Below, in pieces: positions 1-10,037 of a stretch of 58,605 nucleotides of DNA. Source of the DNA: Candidatus Pacearchaeota archaeon (GTDB lineage Archaea; Nanobdellota; Nanobdellia; Pacearchaeales; UBA284); the NCBI GenBank assembly GCA_049699715.1, contig JBNAVB010000003.1, positions 1 through 58,605 on the forward strand, in the 5' to 3' direction. Numbering within the stretch: position 1 is the first letter of the stretch; every line of letters starts with the position of its first letter. The notes below the pieces were generated by a model that ran no database searches, was not told where the DNA came from, and saw only the letters and a list, made by a program, of their open reading frames with translations. A program made the translations under genes and the position numbers.

Positions 1-51
1 GGGTCGCATTCCTCCTATGCTTGAAAGCATAGGTATCCTGCGACTTATGTA
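1..51 (-). mobile_element. End of non-autonomous IS200/IS605-type element (PATE/MITE), cut by window edge
   Basis: gggtcgcattcctcCTATGCTtgaaAGCATAGgtatcctgcgacttatgta matches the reverse complement of 49026-49076 except for compensatory changes in the hairpin; followed by ATGA. Confidence 0.8.
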
Positions 52-567
52 ATGAATATAATCAAAAACAAGAAAGGCCAAGCAGGGGAGTCGATGGCAG
101 ACTTGTCAGCTGCCGTAATTTTAGTTTTGCTGCTTATTGTTTTCTTTATACTCTCTAACACGTTATGGGCCCGCTCTAGCGTAGACATCAAAAAATTCTC
201 CAGCACTTACTCAAAAATAGATCAAGAACATTTTTCGCTTTATTCATGGCTCCAAAAATCTGTTTTAATCACCTATGAGAATCAAAAGCAGAATATAACA
301 ATCGCTGAGCTCATTATCCTAACGGATTTCGACCGAAGTTATAACTCCCTTCTCAATATAGAAGCAAAAAAAGCCTTCGGAGAAGATTTTGAATTCCAAA
401 TAATCTCCGAAGAAGAGATCACAAGAATAGGTTGGCAACCAGCATTCATCGCAGGTCAGTTTATGCTTATACCTTCGCCAACAATGAAAGGAATTCTATT
501 TTATATTCCATCGCCAACAAAAAACAAACCGATATTCGTAAATATTGCAAAAAAAGAGGTAAAATGA
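52..567 (+). CDS. Type IV pilin-like protein (class III signal peptide)
   Basis: N-terminus KNKKG|Q followed by a hydrophobic helix (AAVILVLLLIVFFIL). Confidence 0.6.
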   Translation: MNIIKNKKGQAGESMADLSAAVILVLLLIVFFILSNTLWARSSVDIKKFSSTYSKIDQEHFSLYSWLQKSVLITYENQKQNITIAELIILTDFDRSYNSLLNIEAKKAFGEDFEFQIISEEEITRIGWQPAFIAGQFMLIPSPTMKGILFYIPSPTKNKPIFVNIAKKEVK

Positions 568-1355
568 ATAAAAGAGCAGTTGCATTCGCATATAGCATTA
601 TAATCGCAATGATAGTCCTTATGTCAGCGGCATGGTATGCGTTTACAACAACTAACAACAAAATCACAGCTGAAGTGACCGCCTTATCGGTATTAAGAAA
701 TTACTACAATGAGCAGGACAGATTTTCAGTTTATCTTGAAGAATCTCAGAAGCTCGCGGCTTCACAGGCATTTTATCAGCTTTTGAAAGATTCTGCAATA
801 GACAAATCGCAAATTTCGTGCAAGATCATTGAGAATGTGATTGTTTGGAGCGACAGCTGCCATCCAGAAGAGGATTTTATTAGAGTTAAATTCATAGAAG
901 ATTACAGATTTTCTTTCAGTAGCCTAATGAAAAATTATCCCAATGAGAAATTCAGGCCAGAATATGCCAACGCGCTTAATGAAGCCATGGACGAAATAAT
1001 CTCTGTGACCACCCCTTTCACTCTTAGCATACAAAAACAAGGCACTTTTGCAACATATACATTTAATTATACCATAGACCCAACCACAAAACTCAATCTA
1101 ACCCTACAATCAATTTATCTCAAAGATTTTGAAGAGCTCTACAATAAAATAAAAGAAGAAAAGAACAAATGTTCTTCCGTAAGCGCAGACTGTTTCAAAA
1201 ACCTCAATTTTGAGCATTGGACTTTTACGACAGAGGATAAAATGTCATATCTTTTGTTCAAATTCAAGACAAAAGGCGCTTTTATTTTCAAAGAGCCTGA
1301 AACAAACGCCCAAAACTTCAAGCCAATCGAATTAAATTTTATAATTGAAAAATAA
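564..1355 (+). CDS. Pilin-like secreted protein (class III signal peptide)
   Basis: Start moved to ATG 564 (ATGA overlap with upstream stop, GAGGT RBS); MNKRA|V plus hydrophobic helix. Confidence 0.55.
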   Translation: MNKRAVAFAYSIIIAMIVLMSAAWYAFTTTNNKITAEVTALSVLRNYYNEQDRFSVYLEESQKLAASQAFYQLLKDSAIDKSQISCKIIENVIVWSDSCHPEEDFIRVKFIEDYRFSFSSLMKNYPNEKFRPEYANALNEAMDEIISVTTPFTLSIQKQGTFATYTFNYTIDPTTKLNLTLQSIYLKDFEELYNKIKEEKNKCSSVSADCFKNLNFEHWTFTTEDKMSYLLFKFKTKGAFIFKEPETNAQNFKPIELNFIIEK

Positions 1356-1416
1356 CCAATTGATTGCATAAAAATTTAAAAACAAACCTTTCTTTTTTAA
1401 GAGGAATAATTTAAAA

Positions 1417-1581
1417 GAGATCATGAATAAAAATGTTACAAAGAATTCCAAGGTTGAGAAGAATAGAGGGCAACATCAGCCCTCTTTCTTTTAACGAGAT
1501 TCAGAAATTAATTCAGAAATTAAATTTAGTGGAAGAAGGCAATTCCTCTCTCGCTAAAACCGAGGTATCCTTGCATTAGAA
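1417..1581 (-). mobile_element. Non-autonomous IS200/IS605-type element (one end degenerate)
   Basis: 1417-1574 identical to 8642-8799; terminal hairpin gcaattcctctctcgctaaaaccgaggtatccttgc; abuts ATGA of rpa. Confidence 0.75.
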
Positions 1582-2553
1582 ATGATTCAAGCAACTTATC
1601 AACAGTTGATAGAAAGAATTTCTAGATTAAGCGGTTTAGAGCTCAACGAAATCCAAAGGAGGGTTGAAGCAAAGAAAGCAAAATTAAGTGGATTAATCAG
1701 TGACGAAGGCGCCGCACAAGTCGTAGCGGCCGAGCTGGGCATTTCTTTTGATAAACAGAAATTCAAGATAATTGATTTGCTTATAGGAATGAAAAAAATC
1801 CAAGTCGTTGGCAAAGTTCTTGAGATTTATCCTATAAGGAAATATAAGAGGGCAGAGCATGAAGGGGAGATTGGCTCGATGCTTATAGCTGATGAGACTT
1901 CTGCAGTTCGTGTTGTTCTATGGGACACTAACCATATAGAACTCATAAAAAATAACACAATCCAAAAGGATTCTGTAATTGAGATAAAAAATGCCGATGT
2001 TCGTGGTACTACAGCAAAAGAGATTCATCTTAATTCTACATCAGAAATATCTCTCAGTGATGCCAAGATTGAAAAAATCAAAATTGAATTAGAGAAACCG
2101 AGGATGGCAAAGCTCTCTGAGCTTAAAAACGGCGAGCAAGCCAGTATCCGTGGCAATATAGTCCAGTTATTTCAGCCAGCATTTTTCTCGGTTTGCCCAG
2201 AGTGCAACATGAAAGTTTCATTCGAAGGGAACAAGGCAGTGTGCGTAAGACATGGCGCGATTATTCCATCAAAGCGCGCGATTCTTAATATGGTAATTGA
2301 TGATGGCTCAGATAACATAAGGGCAATGGCTTTCAGTGAGAATATCGCAAAATTCTTGAAAATCAGTGACGATGAAGTGTTGAACTTAGAAAATCCTCAA
2401 TTTTTCCTTAGCAAAAAAGCCGAGTTGCTTGGAACTGAATGGATTTTTTCTGGGCGTTCAAGAAAAAATATCTTGTTCAACCGCAGCGAGTTTGTTATTA
2501 ATTCTCTCCAAGAATCCCAGCCGGAAGAAATAATAAAGGAGTTGAGCGAATAA
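1582..2553 (+). CDS. rpa: Replication protein A (OB folds plus Zn finger)
   Basis: N-terminal GLISDEGAAQVVAAELG, OB-fold DETSAVRVVLWD, CPEC...CVRH Zn finger; upstream of radA. Confidence 0.85.
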   Translation: MIQATYQQLIERISRLSGLELNEIQRRVEAKKAKLSGLISDEGAAQVVAAELGISFDKQKFKIIDLLIGMKKIQVVGKVLEIYPIRKYKRAEHEGEIGSMLIADETSAVRVVLWDTNHIELIKNNTIQKDSVIEIKNADVRGTTAKEIHLNSTSEISLSDAKIEKIKIELEKPRMAKLSELKNGEQASIRGNIVQLFQPAFFSVCPECNMKVSFEGNKAVCVRHGAIIPSKRAILNMVIDDGSDNIRAMAFSENIAKFLKISDDEVLNLENPQFFLSKKAELLGTEWIFSGRSRKNILFNRSEFVINSLQESQPEEIIKELSE

Positions 2554-2617
2554 AGCAATTCTAAAGCATATCTTTCACTGGAATAATCTTTATAAAAGTC
2601 AACTCTCTTGTTAAGAT

Positions 2618-3607
2618 ATGGCTAAGGAAAAAAAAGAGAAAGAAAGTAAGGGCATGGATGAATTGAGGCTGACTGATTTGCCTGGAATCGGGCCAACAAC
2701 AGCGACAAAACTTGAAGAAGCGGGCTATAGCGACTTGATGGCAATCGCAGTCATGACCCCATCTGATTTGAGTGCAGTGGCGGATTTGGGAGAAGCTGTC
2801 GCAAGAAAGGCTATTTTAGCCGCACGAAAGATGCTCCATCTCGAGTTCGAAGACGCAACAGAATACATGAAAAAACGCGAACAAGTCTTCAAGATTACAA
2901 CAGGCTCAAAAAATCTCGATGCGCTACTCGGAGGGGGGGTTGAGACAGGCGCGATTACAGAGGCTGCCGGAGCTTTTGGTTGCGGCAAAACTCAGATAGG
3001 CCATTGTCTCGCAATCAATGTTCAACTTCCAAAAGAACAGGGCGGCGCGGAAGGTAAAGCTGTTTACATAGACACAGAAAGCACTTTCAGGCCAGACAGG
3101 ATAAAACAAATTGCTTTAGCGAAAGGCCTCGATCCAGAAATTGTCCTCAAGAATATTTTCGTAGCAAGAGCTTTCAATGCAGATCATCAGATTTTGCTTG
3201 TTGATAAAGTTACAGAGCTCATAAAAAATGGAGAGCCTATTAAATTGATAATCGTAGATTCATTGATGGCCCACTTCCGTGCTGAGTTTGCCGGGAGAGG
3301 CATGCTTGCAGACAGACAGCAAAAAATTAACAAACATCTTCACAATTTAATGAGGCTCGCAGAGGCCCACAACATAGCGATATACATCACAAACCAAGTC
3401 ATGGCTAACCCTGCCATAATGTTCGGCGATCCAACAACTCCCATAGGCGGCCATATAGTTGCGCATGGCTCGACTTACAGGATATATTTAAGAAAGGGAA
3501 AAAAAGATTCAAGAGTCGCAAAAATGATTGACTCTCCGAACCTGCCCGAGTCAGAAACAATTTTCTTCATCACAGCAAAAGGTATAGAAGATGGTGAGCT
3601 AAAATAA
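2618..3607 (+). CDS. radA: DNA repair and recombination protein RadA
   Basis: HhH LPGIGP, Walker [32 protein letters not shown]. Confidence 0.97.
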   Translation: MAKEKKEKESKGMDELRLTDLPGIGPTTATKLEEAGYSDLMAIAVMTPSDLSAVADLGEAVARKAILAARKMLHLEFEDATEYMKKREQVFKITTGSKNLDALLGGGVETGAITEAAGAFGCGKTQIGHCLAINVQLPKEQGGAEGKAVYIDTESTFRPDRIKQIALAKGLDPEIVLKNIFVARAFNADHQILLVDKVTELIKNGEPIKLIIVDSLMAHFRAEFAGRGMLADRQQKINKHLHNLMRLAEAHNIAIYITNQVMANPAIMFGDPTTPIGGHIVAHGSTYRIYLRKGKKDSRVAKMIDSPNLPESETIFFITAKGIEDGELK

Positions 3608-3638
3608 TTTTGAAAAATTTTGAGATAATTAACTTTAG

Positions 3639-4691
3639 TCATTGACTTGGAGCTCTTTCTTTGTCATTATTCATTTCCTGGGTTTTTCTGATATTTGTCT
3701 TTGAATAAAGTGTTCTTTGGATTGCAACAATCTTGTTTTCTTCTCGGGGTACAGAATCTCCAAATAGTTTTATTTGATATTCTCTGGCAGTTCGTCCGCT
3801 CAGTTTTTTGGTTAATTCATCGCATTTTTGGCTAATCTCGCAATGGTCGCACAGCCTCCCGCGTTCAGGGAAAACATTTCCGGATTCGAACTGTTGTTCC
3901 ATGCCTTTTATCATCTCCATAAAATCGTAGAAATTAATATCGTTTCTCTTCATCGGATAGATTTCATCTTTCATGATAAGCAGATATTCCAAGGCTATTT
4001 TGTCGCTCAAATAAATTGGATTACCCCCCCATTGTTTTGCTTCTTCTTCTGAAACTCCAATAGATTTTGCGAATTCCTTGTCTTTATTGCACAAACATCC
4101 CAAGGCAAGAGCATACAATGTAAATTGAGGGTCATATTTCAATTTCATATCGCCAGGAACTCTATGTCCAGATTTTATGTCTCTTATTTTTGGCCCGTAT
4201 AGAATTGAGTCAATTCTCCCGTTGAAAAAATGCCCGTTAATTTCAAATATCGGAATCTTATATTCAATATGGATTGGTGCGGGTTCTTTTGAAAGTCGTT
4301 CATACATCTTATAACACATTTGCCATATTTCTTCTCTGATTATCCAAGGCTCGGCTTCATTTTTCCATTTTATTTGTTTGCCTTGGATAGTTCCATTAGC
4401 CACAATGAAATTCCACCATCCCCCTTTTCTCCCTCTGCCTTCTTCATTCTTCTTGCCAGCGATTACATTTGCAAAATCCTCTGCAGAGCGGAATCTTATT
4501 TGATATAATTTGGTTTGTTTATCTTTTTTGTAGAGATATTCTGCAGCTTTATGCATTATAATTCCTTTAGCCATATCGCCGGTAACAGGTTTTTGAATGC
4601 CCATAAAATGTATCAAGAAATACTTGTACGGGCAGTAAGTTGCTTCATCAATATTTGTAGGATTCCAAACATATTTCGGCTTAGATTGCAT
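3639..4691 (-). CDS. PD-(D/E)XK nuclease, Cas4/AddB-like with predicted Fe-S cluster
   Basis: N-terminal CP, G..MH, GRID...DIKSG, Q..LY, C-terminal CDHC.....C. Confidence 0.8.
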   Translation of the reverse strand: MQSKPKYVWNPTNIDEATYCPYKYFLIHFMGIQKPVTGDMAKGIIMHKAAEYLYKKDKQTKLYQIRFRSAEDFANVIAGKKNEEGRGRKGGWWNFIVANGTIQGKQIKWKNEAEPWIIREEIWQMCYKMYERLSKEPAPIHIEYKIPIFEINGHFFNGRIDSILYGPKIRDIKSGHRVPGDMKLKYDPQFTLYALALGCLCNKDKEFAKSIGVSEEEAKQWGGNPIYLSDKIALEYLLIMKDEIYPMKRNDINFYDFMEMIKGMEQQFESGNVFPERGRLCDHCEISQKCDELTKKLSGRTAREYQIKLFGDSVPREENKIVAIQRTLYSKTNIRKTQEMNNDKERAPSQ

Positions 4692-4754
4692 TGAGAAACC
4701 AGGAACAAGAAACTTATAAAATTAGTTGTGAAAAAAAATAACTATTATATCACT

Positions 4755-5642
4755 TCATTTCTTCTTTCTTTTTATTTCTTCAGTTTTCGCAACAATCTTT
4801 TTCAATTTTGCGATTTTAGCTTTAGTTCCCGGAGTTCTAGTTTTTTTGGTCTTTATTTCTTCGCTAACATCTCTCAATTCTTTCACTGATGAAACCAATG
4901 GTTGCAAAATCTGTGAGAACGCGCTCTGCAAAGCCTGTATTTCTGTATTCAAACTTTCAATTTTTGAGCTATACTGATTGACTTGGCTCATAATCCCTAA
5001 TTGAACTTTGTCAAATGCAATCTCGAGTTTTTTCATGCGCTCTTCTACTTGTTTGAGCTTTGATTCAATATGTTTCTTTAATTCTGAAACATCGCCTATT
5101 TTCTCGCGGAACTCTTCCCATTTCTCGTTGATGACCTCTTCAACAAGCTCTTCAACAACCTCGGTTCCTGCTGGCGCAATAGCAGGCGCAACAGCCTCGT
5201 AGGGAGAAGGATATGCTTCATAGCCCGTCTGAGGCACTGGCGCATATTCTTCCTCTGCTCCTGGCGCAGGGGCCCCCACAAGAGCCTCTGGTGCATAACT
5301 TTCTTCAGGAGCTTCCTCTTGCTCCATTATCGAAGGTATCATCTCCTCGCCAGGAACTGCAGCTTCTTCCTCTATAATTTCACTTGGAACTTCTGCTTCT
5401 GGCGCCTCTTCATATTCGCCTGGCGCGGGCGCTTCTTCTTCTAATTCGCCAATTTCTCCTCCGTACTCTTCTTCCATGCCAGCAGTCCTTGCAAGTTCAA
5501 GTTTAACCTTGGCTTGGTTAATTGCATCATTAATCTCTGTTGAGCTGTAGCCTTCGCTTCTCAGATACTTTATGATGTCAGCATCGGTGTAGCCTTGTCT
5601 ACTCAGCTTCAAAACTTCATTCACAGGAACTTTTTTTGCCAT
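4755..5642 (-). CDS. Hypothetical protein with acidic Glu/Pro/Ala linker and coiled coil
   Basis: 295-aa ORF, low-complexity middle, heptad-rich C-terminal half. Confidence 0.75.
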   Translation of the reverse strand: MAKKVPVNEVLKLSRQGYTDADIIKYLRSEGYSSTEINDAINQAKVKLELARTAGMEEEYGGEIGELEEEAPAPGEYEEAPEAEVPSEIIEEEAAVPGEEMIPSIMEQEEAPEESYAPEALVGAPAPGAEEEYAPVPQTGYEAYPSPYEAVAPAIAPAGTEVVEELVEEVINEKWEEFREKIGDVSELKKHIESKLKQVEERMKKLEIAFDKVQLGIMSQVNQYSSKIESLNTEIQALQSAFSQILQPLVSSVKELRDVSEEIKTKKTRTPGTKAKIAKLKKIVAKTEEIKRKKK

Positions 5643-5656
5643 TTTTACTCTATTTT

Positions 5657-6049
5657 TTACTCTTCTACTTCAATAATCTCGCCTCGTTTACTTTTCACCA
5701 TCTTGCTCACAATCCTCTTGACATCGTCTTCTGTGGCATACTTGAGAGGCTCGAACATCTTCATAGAACGCTCCAAAACTTTTAACTCTTCCTTACGCGC
5801 AAGCTCAGCGCTTTCGCTGATAATATGTTCAACAGCCTCTTTTAACCGGTCAATTTCATCTCTTAAGCCAGAAATATCGTCCTTGATAAGCGTTAACTCT
5901 TTGTTCAGTCGGTCATTTTGTCTTAGTATAGTTTGGCTTACGACAGCCATCCTTTCCTTAAGTAGTCTCATATTTTCTTCCAAATCATTCATCCTTGTGC
6001 TAAAATCCGCGAGAAGTGCTGATACAGCCCCCAATTCTTGATTGTCCAT
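5657..6049 (-). CDS. Hypothetical coiled-coil protein
   Basis: 130-aa helical ORF co-oriented with 4755-5642. Confidence 0.7.
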   Translation of the reverse strand: MDNQELGAVSALLADFSTRMNDLEENMRLLKERMAVVSQTILRQNDRLNKELTLIKDDISGLRDEIDRLKEAVEHIISESAELARKEELKVLERSMKMFEPLKYATEDDVKRIVSKMVKSKRGEIIEVEE

Positions 6050-6241
6050 TTTATAGCTCTTTTGTTTATAGAAAAAAAGGAATTTTGATTTAAATATTTA
6101 ACTTAATCCCATATTGAAAAGAAGCAAAAAGAATTAGAAAGAACTAAAGAGAAACACAAAAATTAAAAACAGCTCCTTCGTTATAAAGGAGTTATAAACT
6201 TATAAAAAAGGAGTCATGATAAACTGTAGTAAAAAAAGAAA

Positions 6242-8533
6242 ATGATGTTTAAAGAGGGTACTCAATTATATTCTTATGAGGTTGTGCGCGAGGGCGGACA
6301 GGATGTTATGTATGTTAATTATCTAGGCGCGGCTTTTGTCCCTAGCATCGCTGATTTGCCCATCGTCATGGCCAGAACAATAGACTATTTAACAGAATCT
6401 CCAAGTGTTACAAGGATTGTGTTTGTGCAGCAGAGGAACTATAGCTATGATTTCCATGAAGTCACAATGCTCAACGAAATAGCTCAGCTCTACACTCATT
6501 TGATAAAACAAGAGAAAGTTCTTTCAGCCACAACTCTTGAGCCGTATAAATGCAAGAAGCATTTAGCTCAACGCTACGAGGCCATGCGCTATCTAATTTT
6601 AACATTGTTGAAACAGGATCCAATTGGTTGTTATGTAGAAACAAAAAGATTATTGCACGAAGAGAGAATAGCAGCCAAAGGGTTGTCTCAAGCCGAGCTC
6701 ACTTGCGAAAATCATTACATAAGGCTTCTGACAAAAATTGTTGCGATGCTAGACAATTTAACATTAATAAAAGAGGTAAAAGATAGGATAGAAGGCTACA
6801 AGTTAGGCGACAGAAGCCTTTACATTGAATTGTTCAGGCCAGAAATAGTCCCGAATTTCACTTTCACGAGGCTTATGGCAGCAATGCCCACGGAAGCAGA
6901 GATTGTCGATGAGTATGAAGTCGGCCCAGAGCATGACAAAAGCTCTGTAACAATCTTGAAAATTCCAAATTCAACAAAATATGTTTATCATCTAACTGCT
7001 CCTGAGTTCACTTTGAATGAAGATTTACAATCTTTAGTGAACTTAGCAAGAAATGTGTTGCTCGAGCATAAGCCAAAAGCAGAAGAGTTCACTGATCCCA
7101 CCCGCATAAGACAAGTTTTTTTTAACATAGCCAGGGACCTTTTGCAAGAACTGAGTGAAACAAAAAGAATTGCTCTTAACTATAGACAGCTTAACAAACT
7201 CGCTACTATTCTTGTGAGGCACACCATAGGCTTCGGCCTTATCGAAGTTCTTTTACAGGATGAAAAACTTCAAGATATAATGGTTAATGCCCCTGCCGGT
7301 GCTGTCCCAATATTTGTTAGGCATCAAGATTATGATGAATGCGACACTAATATCATCCCAAGTCAGGAAGACACCGAATCATGGGCCGCGAAGTTTAGAA
7401 TGATGTCTGGCCGCGCGCTTGATGAAGCTAACCCTGTGCTTGACACAGAGCTCATCATTGGCACATCCCGTGCAAGAGTTGCTATAATCCAACAGCCGTT
7501 ATCGCCTTATGGTTTAGCTTATGCACTTAGAAGACACAGAGAAAAACCCTGGACATTGCCATTGTACATAAAAAATCGTATGATTAATTCGCTAACCGCG
7601 GGCTTATTGTCCTTTCTTATTGACGGTTCAAGAACAATGTTGATAGCAGGGACTCGAAGCTCAGGTAAAACCTCATTGTTAGGGGCCTGTATGCTGGAAA
7701 TTATGCCGCGCTTTAGGATTATTGTGTGTGAAGGAACTATGGAGTTGCCTGTAGATTCATTTAGGAATATGGGATATGACATATTGAGGATGAAAGTTCG
7801 CGAGGCTCTAACAAGAGAAAGCTCTGAACTTAGCGCAGCCGAGGGTATTAGAACGAGCTTGCGTTTAGGAGATTCTAGTTTGATTGTTGGCGAGGTGAGA
7901 AGTGAAGAGGCTTTAAGCTTGTACGAAGCAATGAGAGTTGGTGCATTAGCAAATGTTGTCGCAGGAACAATTCATGGAGCGTCGCCTTATGGTGTCTTCG
8001 ATAGAGTTGTTAATGACTTGAAAGTTCCTGCTACAAGTTTTAAAGCAACGGACATAATTGTTATAGCAAACCCCATTAAAAGCCCTGATGGATTACATAG
8101 ATGGCGCCGAGTTCTTCAGTTAGCGGAAGTCAGAAAACACTGGACATTGGACCCTACAACAGAACACGGTTTTGTAGATTTGATGAGATATGATGTTACT
8201 AAAGACGAGCTTATCGCTACAGATGACTTACTTAATGGCGAGTCAGAAGTGCTTAAAGATATCGCCGGCCAAGTTAAAGGCTGGGCAGGTTCGTGGGACG
8301 CGGTTTGGGACAATATTCTTTTAAGAGCAAAAATCAAACAAGCGATAGTTGAAGCAAGCATTAAGGCCAAAGATGCAAACTTGCTCGAAGCCCCTTTTGT
8401 AGTTAAATGTAATAATGCTTTCCATGAAATAAGCGACAAGGTAAGGCAAGAGATAGGGGTGCCCCAAGGCAAGCGCGTTTTCAAGGAATGGCAAGTATGG
8501 CTAGAACATGAACTCAAGAGAAAGAAATTGTGA
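6242..8533 (+). CDS. Type II/IV secretion (pilus assembly) ATPase, FlaI/VirB11/CpaF family
   Basis: Walker A GTRSSGKT, Walker B IVGEVRSEEA, GTIHG His box. Confidence 0.9.
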   Translation: MMFKEGTQLYSYEVVREGGQDVMYVNYLGAAFVPSIADLPIVMARTIDYLTESPSVTRIVFVQQRNYSYDFHEVTMLNEIAQLYTHLIKQEKVLSATTLEPYKCKKHLAQRYEAMRYLILTLLKQDPIGCYVETKRLLHEERIAAKGLSQAELTCENHYIRLLTKIVAMLDNLTLIKEVKDRIEGYKLGDRSLYIELFRPEIVPNFTFTRLMAAMPTEAEIVDEYEVGPEHDKSSVTILKIPNSTKYVYHLTAPEFTLNEDLQSLVNLARNVLLEHKPKAEEFTDPTRIRQVFFNIARDLLQELSETKRIALNYRQLNKLATILVRHTIGFGLIEVLLQDEKLQDIMVNAPAGAVPIFVRHQDYDECDTNIIPSQEDTESWAAKFRMMSGRALDEANPVLDTELIIGTSRARVAIIQQPLSPYGLAYALRRHREKPWTLPLYIKNRMINSLTAGLLSFLIDGSRTMLIAGTRSSGKTSLLGACMLEIMPRFRIIVCEGTMELPVDSFRNMGYDILRMKVREALTRESSELSAAEGIRTSLRLGDSSLIVGEVRSEEALSLYEAMRVGALANVVAGTIHGASPYGVFDRVVNDLKVPATSFKATDIIVIANPIKSPDGLHRWRRVLQLAEVRKHWTLDPTTEHGFVDLMRYDVTKDELIATDDLLNGESEVLKDIAGQVKGWAGSWDAVWDNILLRAKIKQAIVEASIKAKDANLLEAPFVVKCNNAFHEISDKVRQEIGVPQGKRVFKEWQVWLEHELKRKKL

Positions 8534-8617
8534 AGGCAACAAATATAGAAATATAGTTTAGAGTATAGAAAAATAAATAAAAGGGTTTTGTTGTATATTA
8601 TAGTCATATATTATCAA

Positions 8618-8809
8618 ATGAATCACTCCGCGCTAAAGCCCGAGATCATGAATAAAAATGTTACAAAGAATTCCAAGGTTGAGAAGAATAGAGGGCAACA
8701 TCAGCCCTCTTTCTTTTAACGAGATTCAGAAATTAATTCAGAAATTAAATTTAGTGGAAGAAGGCAATTCCTCTCTCGCTAAAACCGAGGTATCCTTGCC
8801 TTTTATGTA
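8618..8809 (-). mobile_element. Non-autonomous IS200/IS605-type element
   Basis: Both terminal hairpins present (8618-8647 degenerate; 8764-8799); core identical to 1417-1574; abuts ATGA at 8810. Confidence 0.8.
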
Positions 8810-9514
8810 ATGATATTCAAAAAAGAATTGGCAAACGAACTTTTTGTCTTTCTCCTTGCTTCTGTGTTTATGGCTTTCATTTTTGCCATCAAGTTGAAAT
8901 GGCCTGTATTGACTCTCGAGCCTTTAGCTATCCTTCTTGGTTTTCTTTATGCTTTGATAATGTTCGCTTTGTTCATTGGCGTTCAGAAACTTGTGGCATT
9001 TGCTCTTGATTGCAGAACCACCACGAAACTTTTGAGCTTTAGGCGGTACTGGTTCAAGCCCCATTCAATTTTTCCTTTCGAGTTCCCTGCGTGGTTTTTC
9101 CTTCCAGTGATATTAGCATTAGTAGGAATAAAATGGCCAGCGATTCTGAACTTTGATGTTGAGCCAAAAATAACTCATGTAAGGCAAAGATGGCAGAATA
9201 TAACAGAAAGTGATATCGGTAAGATCGCGATTTCTGGGCCTTTGGCTGTAATGGCCCTGGGCATCTTGATGCGAGTTTTTGGAGCGAATGAATTCGCATT
9301 CTTATGTGTCTTGTTCACTTTCGCAGCTTTGATCCCTATAGGCATGGGCTTCAAACTTTTCAATAGCTCTCGTATTTTGTGGTTTTTCTCATTTGTATTT
9401 TCACTGGCAGTGTTGCTTTTGATTAATATTCAGAGCGTATTCGCGGTTATCTTGACGGCAGTTATATTCGCTGCTCTCGCCACAATCTCTTATTATGTAT
9501 TGTATGAGAAATAA
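8810..9514 (+). CDS. Multi-pass membrane protein, M50 peptidase-like without HExxH
   Basis: Hydrophobic helices, GKIAISGPL motif typical of M50 family; no catalytic HExxH. Confidence 0.6.
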   Translation: MIFKKELANELFVFLLASVFMAFIFAIKLKWPVLTLEPLAILLGFLYALIMFALFIGVQKLVAFALDCRTTTKLLSFRRYWFKPHSIFPFEFPAWFFLPVILALVGIKWPAILNFDVEPKITHVRQRWQNITESDIGKIAISGPLAVMALGILMRVFGANEFAFLCVLFTFAALIPIGMGFKLFNSSRILWFFSFVFSLAVLLLINIQSVFAVILTAVIFAALATISYYVLYEK

Positions 9515-9536
9515 GAAATTTTTTTCTTATTTTTGA

Positions 9537-10010
9537 TTATCCCTTTTCCCCTTTCTCTTCCCCGACTTCTTCTTTTGTTCTCCTTATCACTTTGACATTA
9601 TCTATCTTCACTGTTATTGGAATTGGCACTGCTGCCTCAAGAAGCTCGACAACAACTTCCTCGCGGGTTTTATCAATTCGCGTTACTTTTGCTTTCTCTC
9701 TCTTGAAAGGTTCTGTTAGCATTTCAACAATATCCCCCTTTTCTATATTGATCGCGGTGACAGCAGGTTGGACCATTGCCTCAATCTCCTTGTAACTTAT
9801 GGCTTTTGGGATTAAACCTTTGACATAAGGCAAGTTGTAAATTGCTTGCTCTGCGCTCTCAGCGTCCAAAGCTTCAAGAATTATGTAGCCCCTTAATCCG
9901 TGTGGCCTGGCAACTGAAAAAACATTCAAGTTCTTTTTTTCGGCCCTGTCAGCGATGAGATCTAAGGCTAGATCTTCTTTGTTCGTTGTAACCTTAACCA
10001 CAAATATCAT
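9537..10010 (-). CDS. spt5: Transcription elongation factor Spt5 (NusG)
   Basis: NGN domain (LRGYIILE) plus KOW (GDIVE...PFK), VELLEAAVPIPITV. Confidence 0.95.
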   Translation of the reverse strand: MIFVVKVTTNKEDLALDLIADRAEKKNLNVFSVARPHGLRGYIILEALDAESAEQAIYNLPYVKGLIPKAISYKEIEAMVQPAVTAINIEKGDIVEMLTEPFKREKAKVTRIDKTREEVVVELLEAAVPIPITVKIDNVKVIRRTKEEVGEEKGEKG

Positions 10011-10037
10011 TTGTTATTTTTGATTTGATTTTTATAT

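Noticed and set aside
432-563. Upstream extension of the 307-aa ORF
   Set aside because: Overlaps the previous gene; ATG 564 has an RBS and gives a signal peptide
1423-1494. 23-aa uORF inside the miniature element
   Set aside because: Reading frame not preserved in the 49026-49206 copy although the hairpin is
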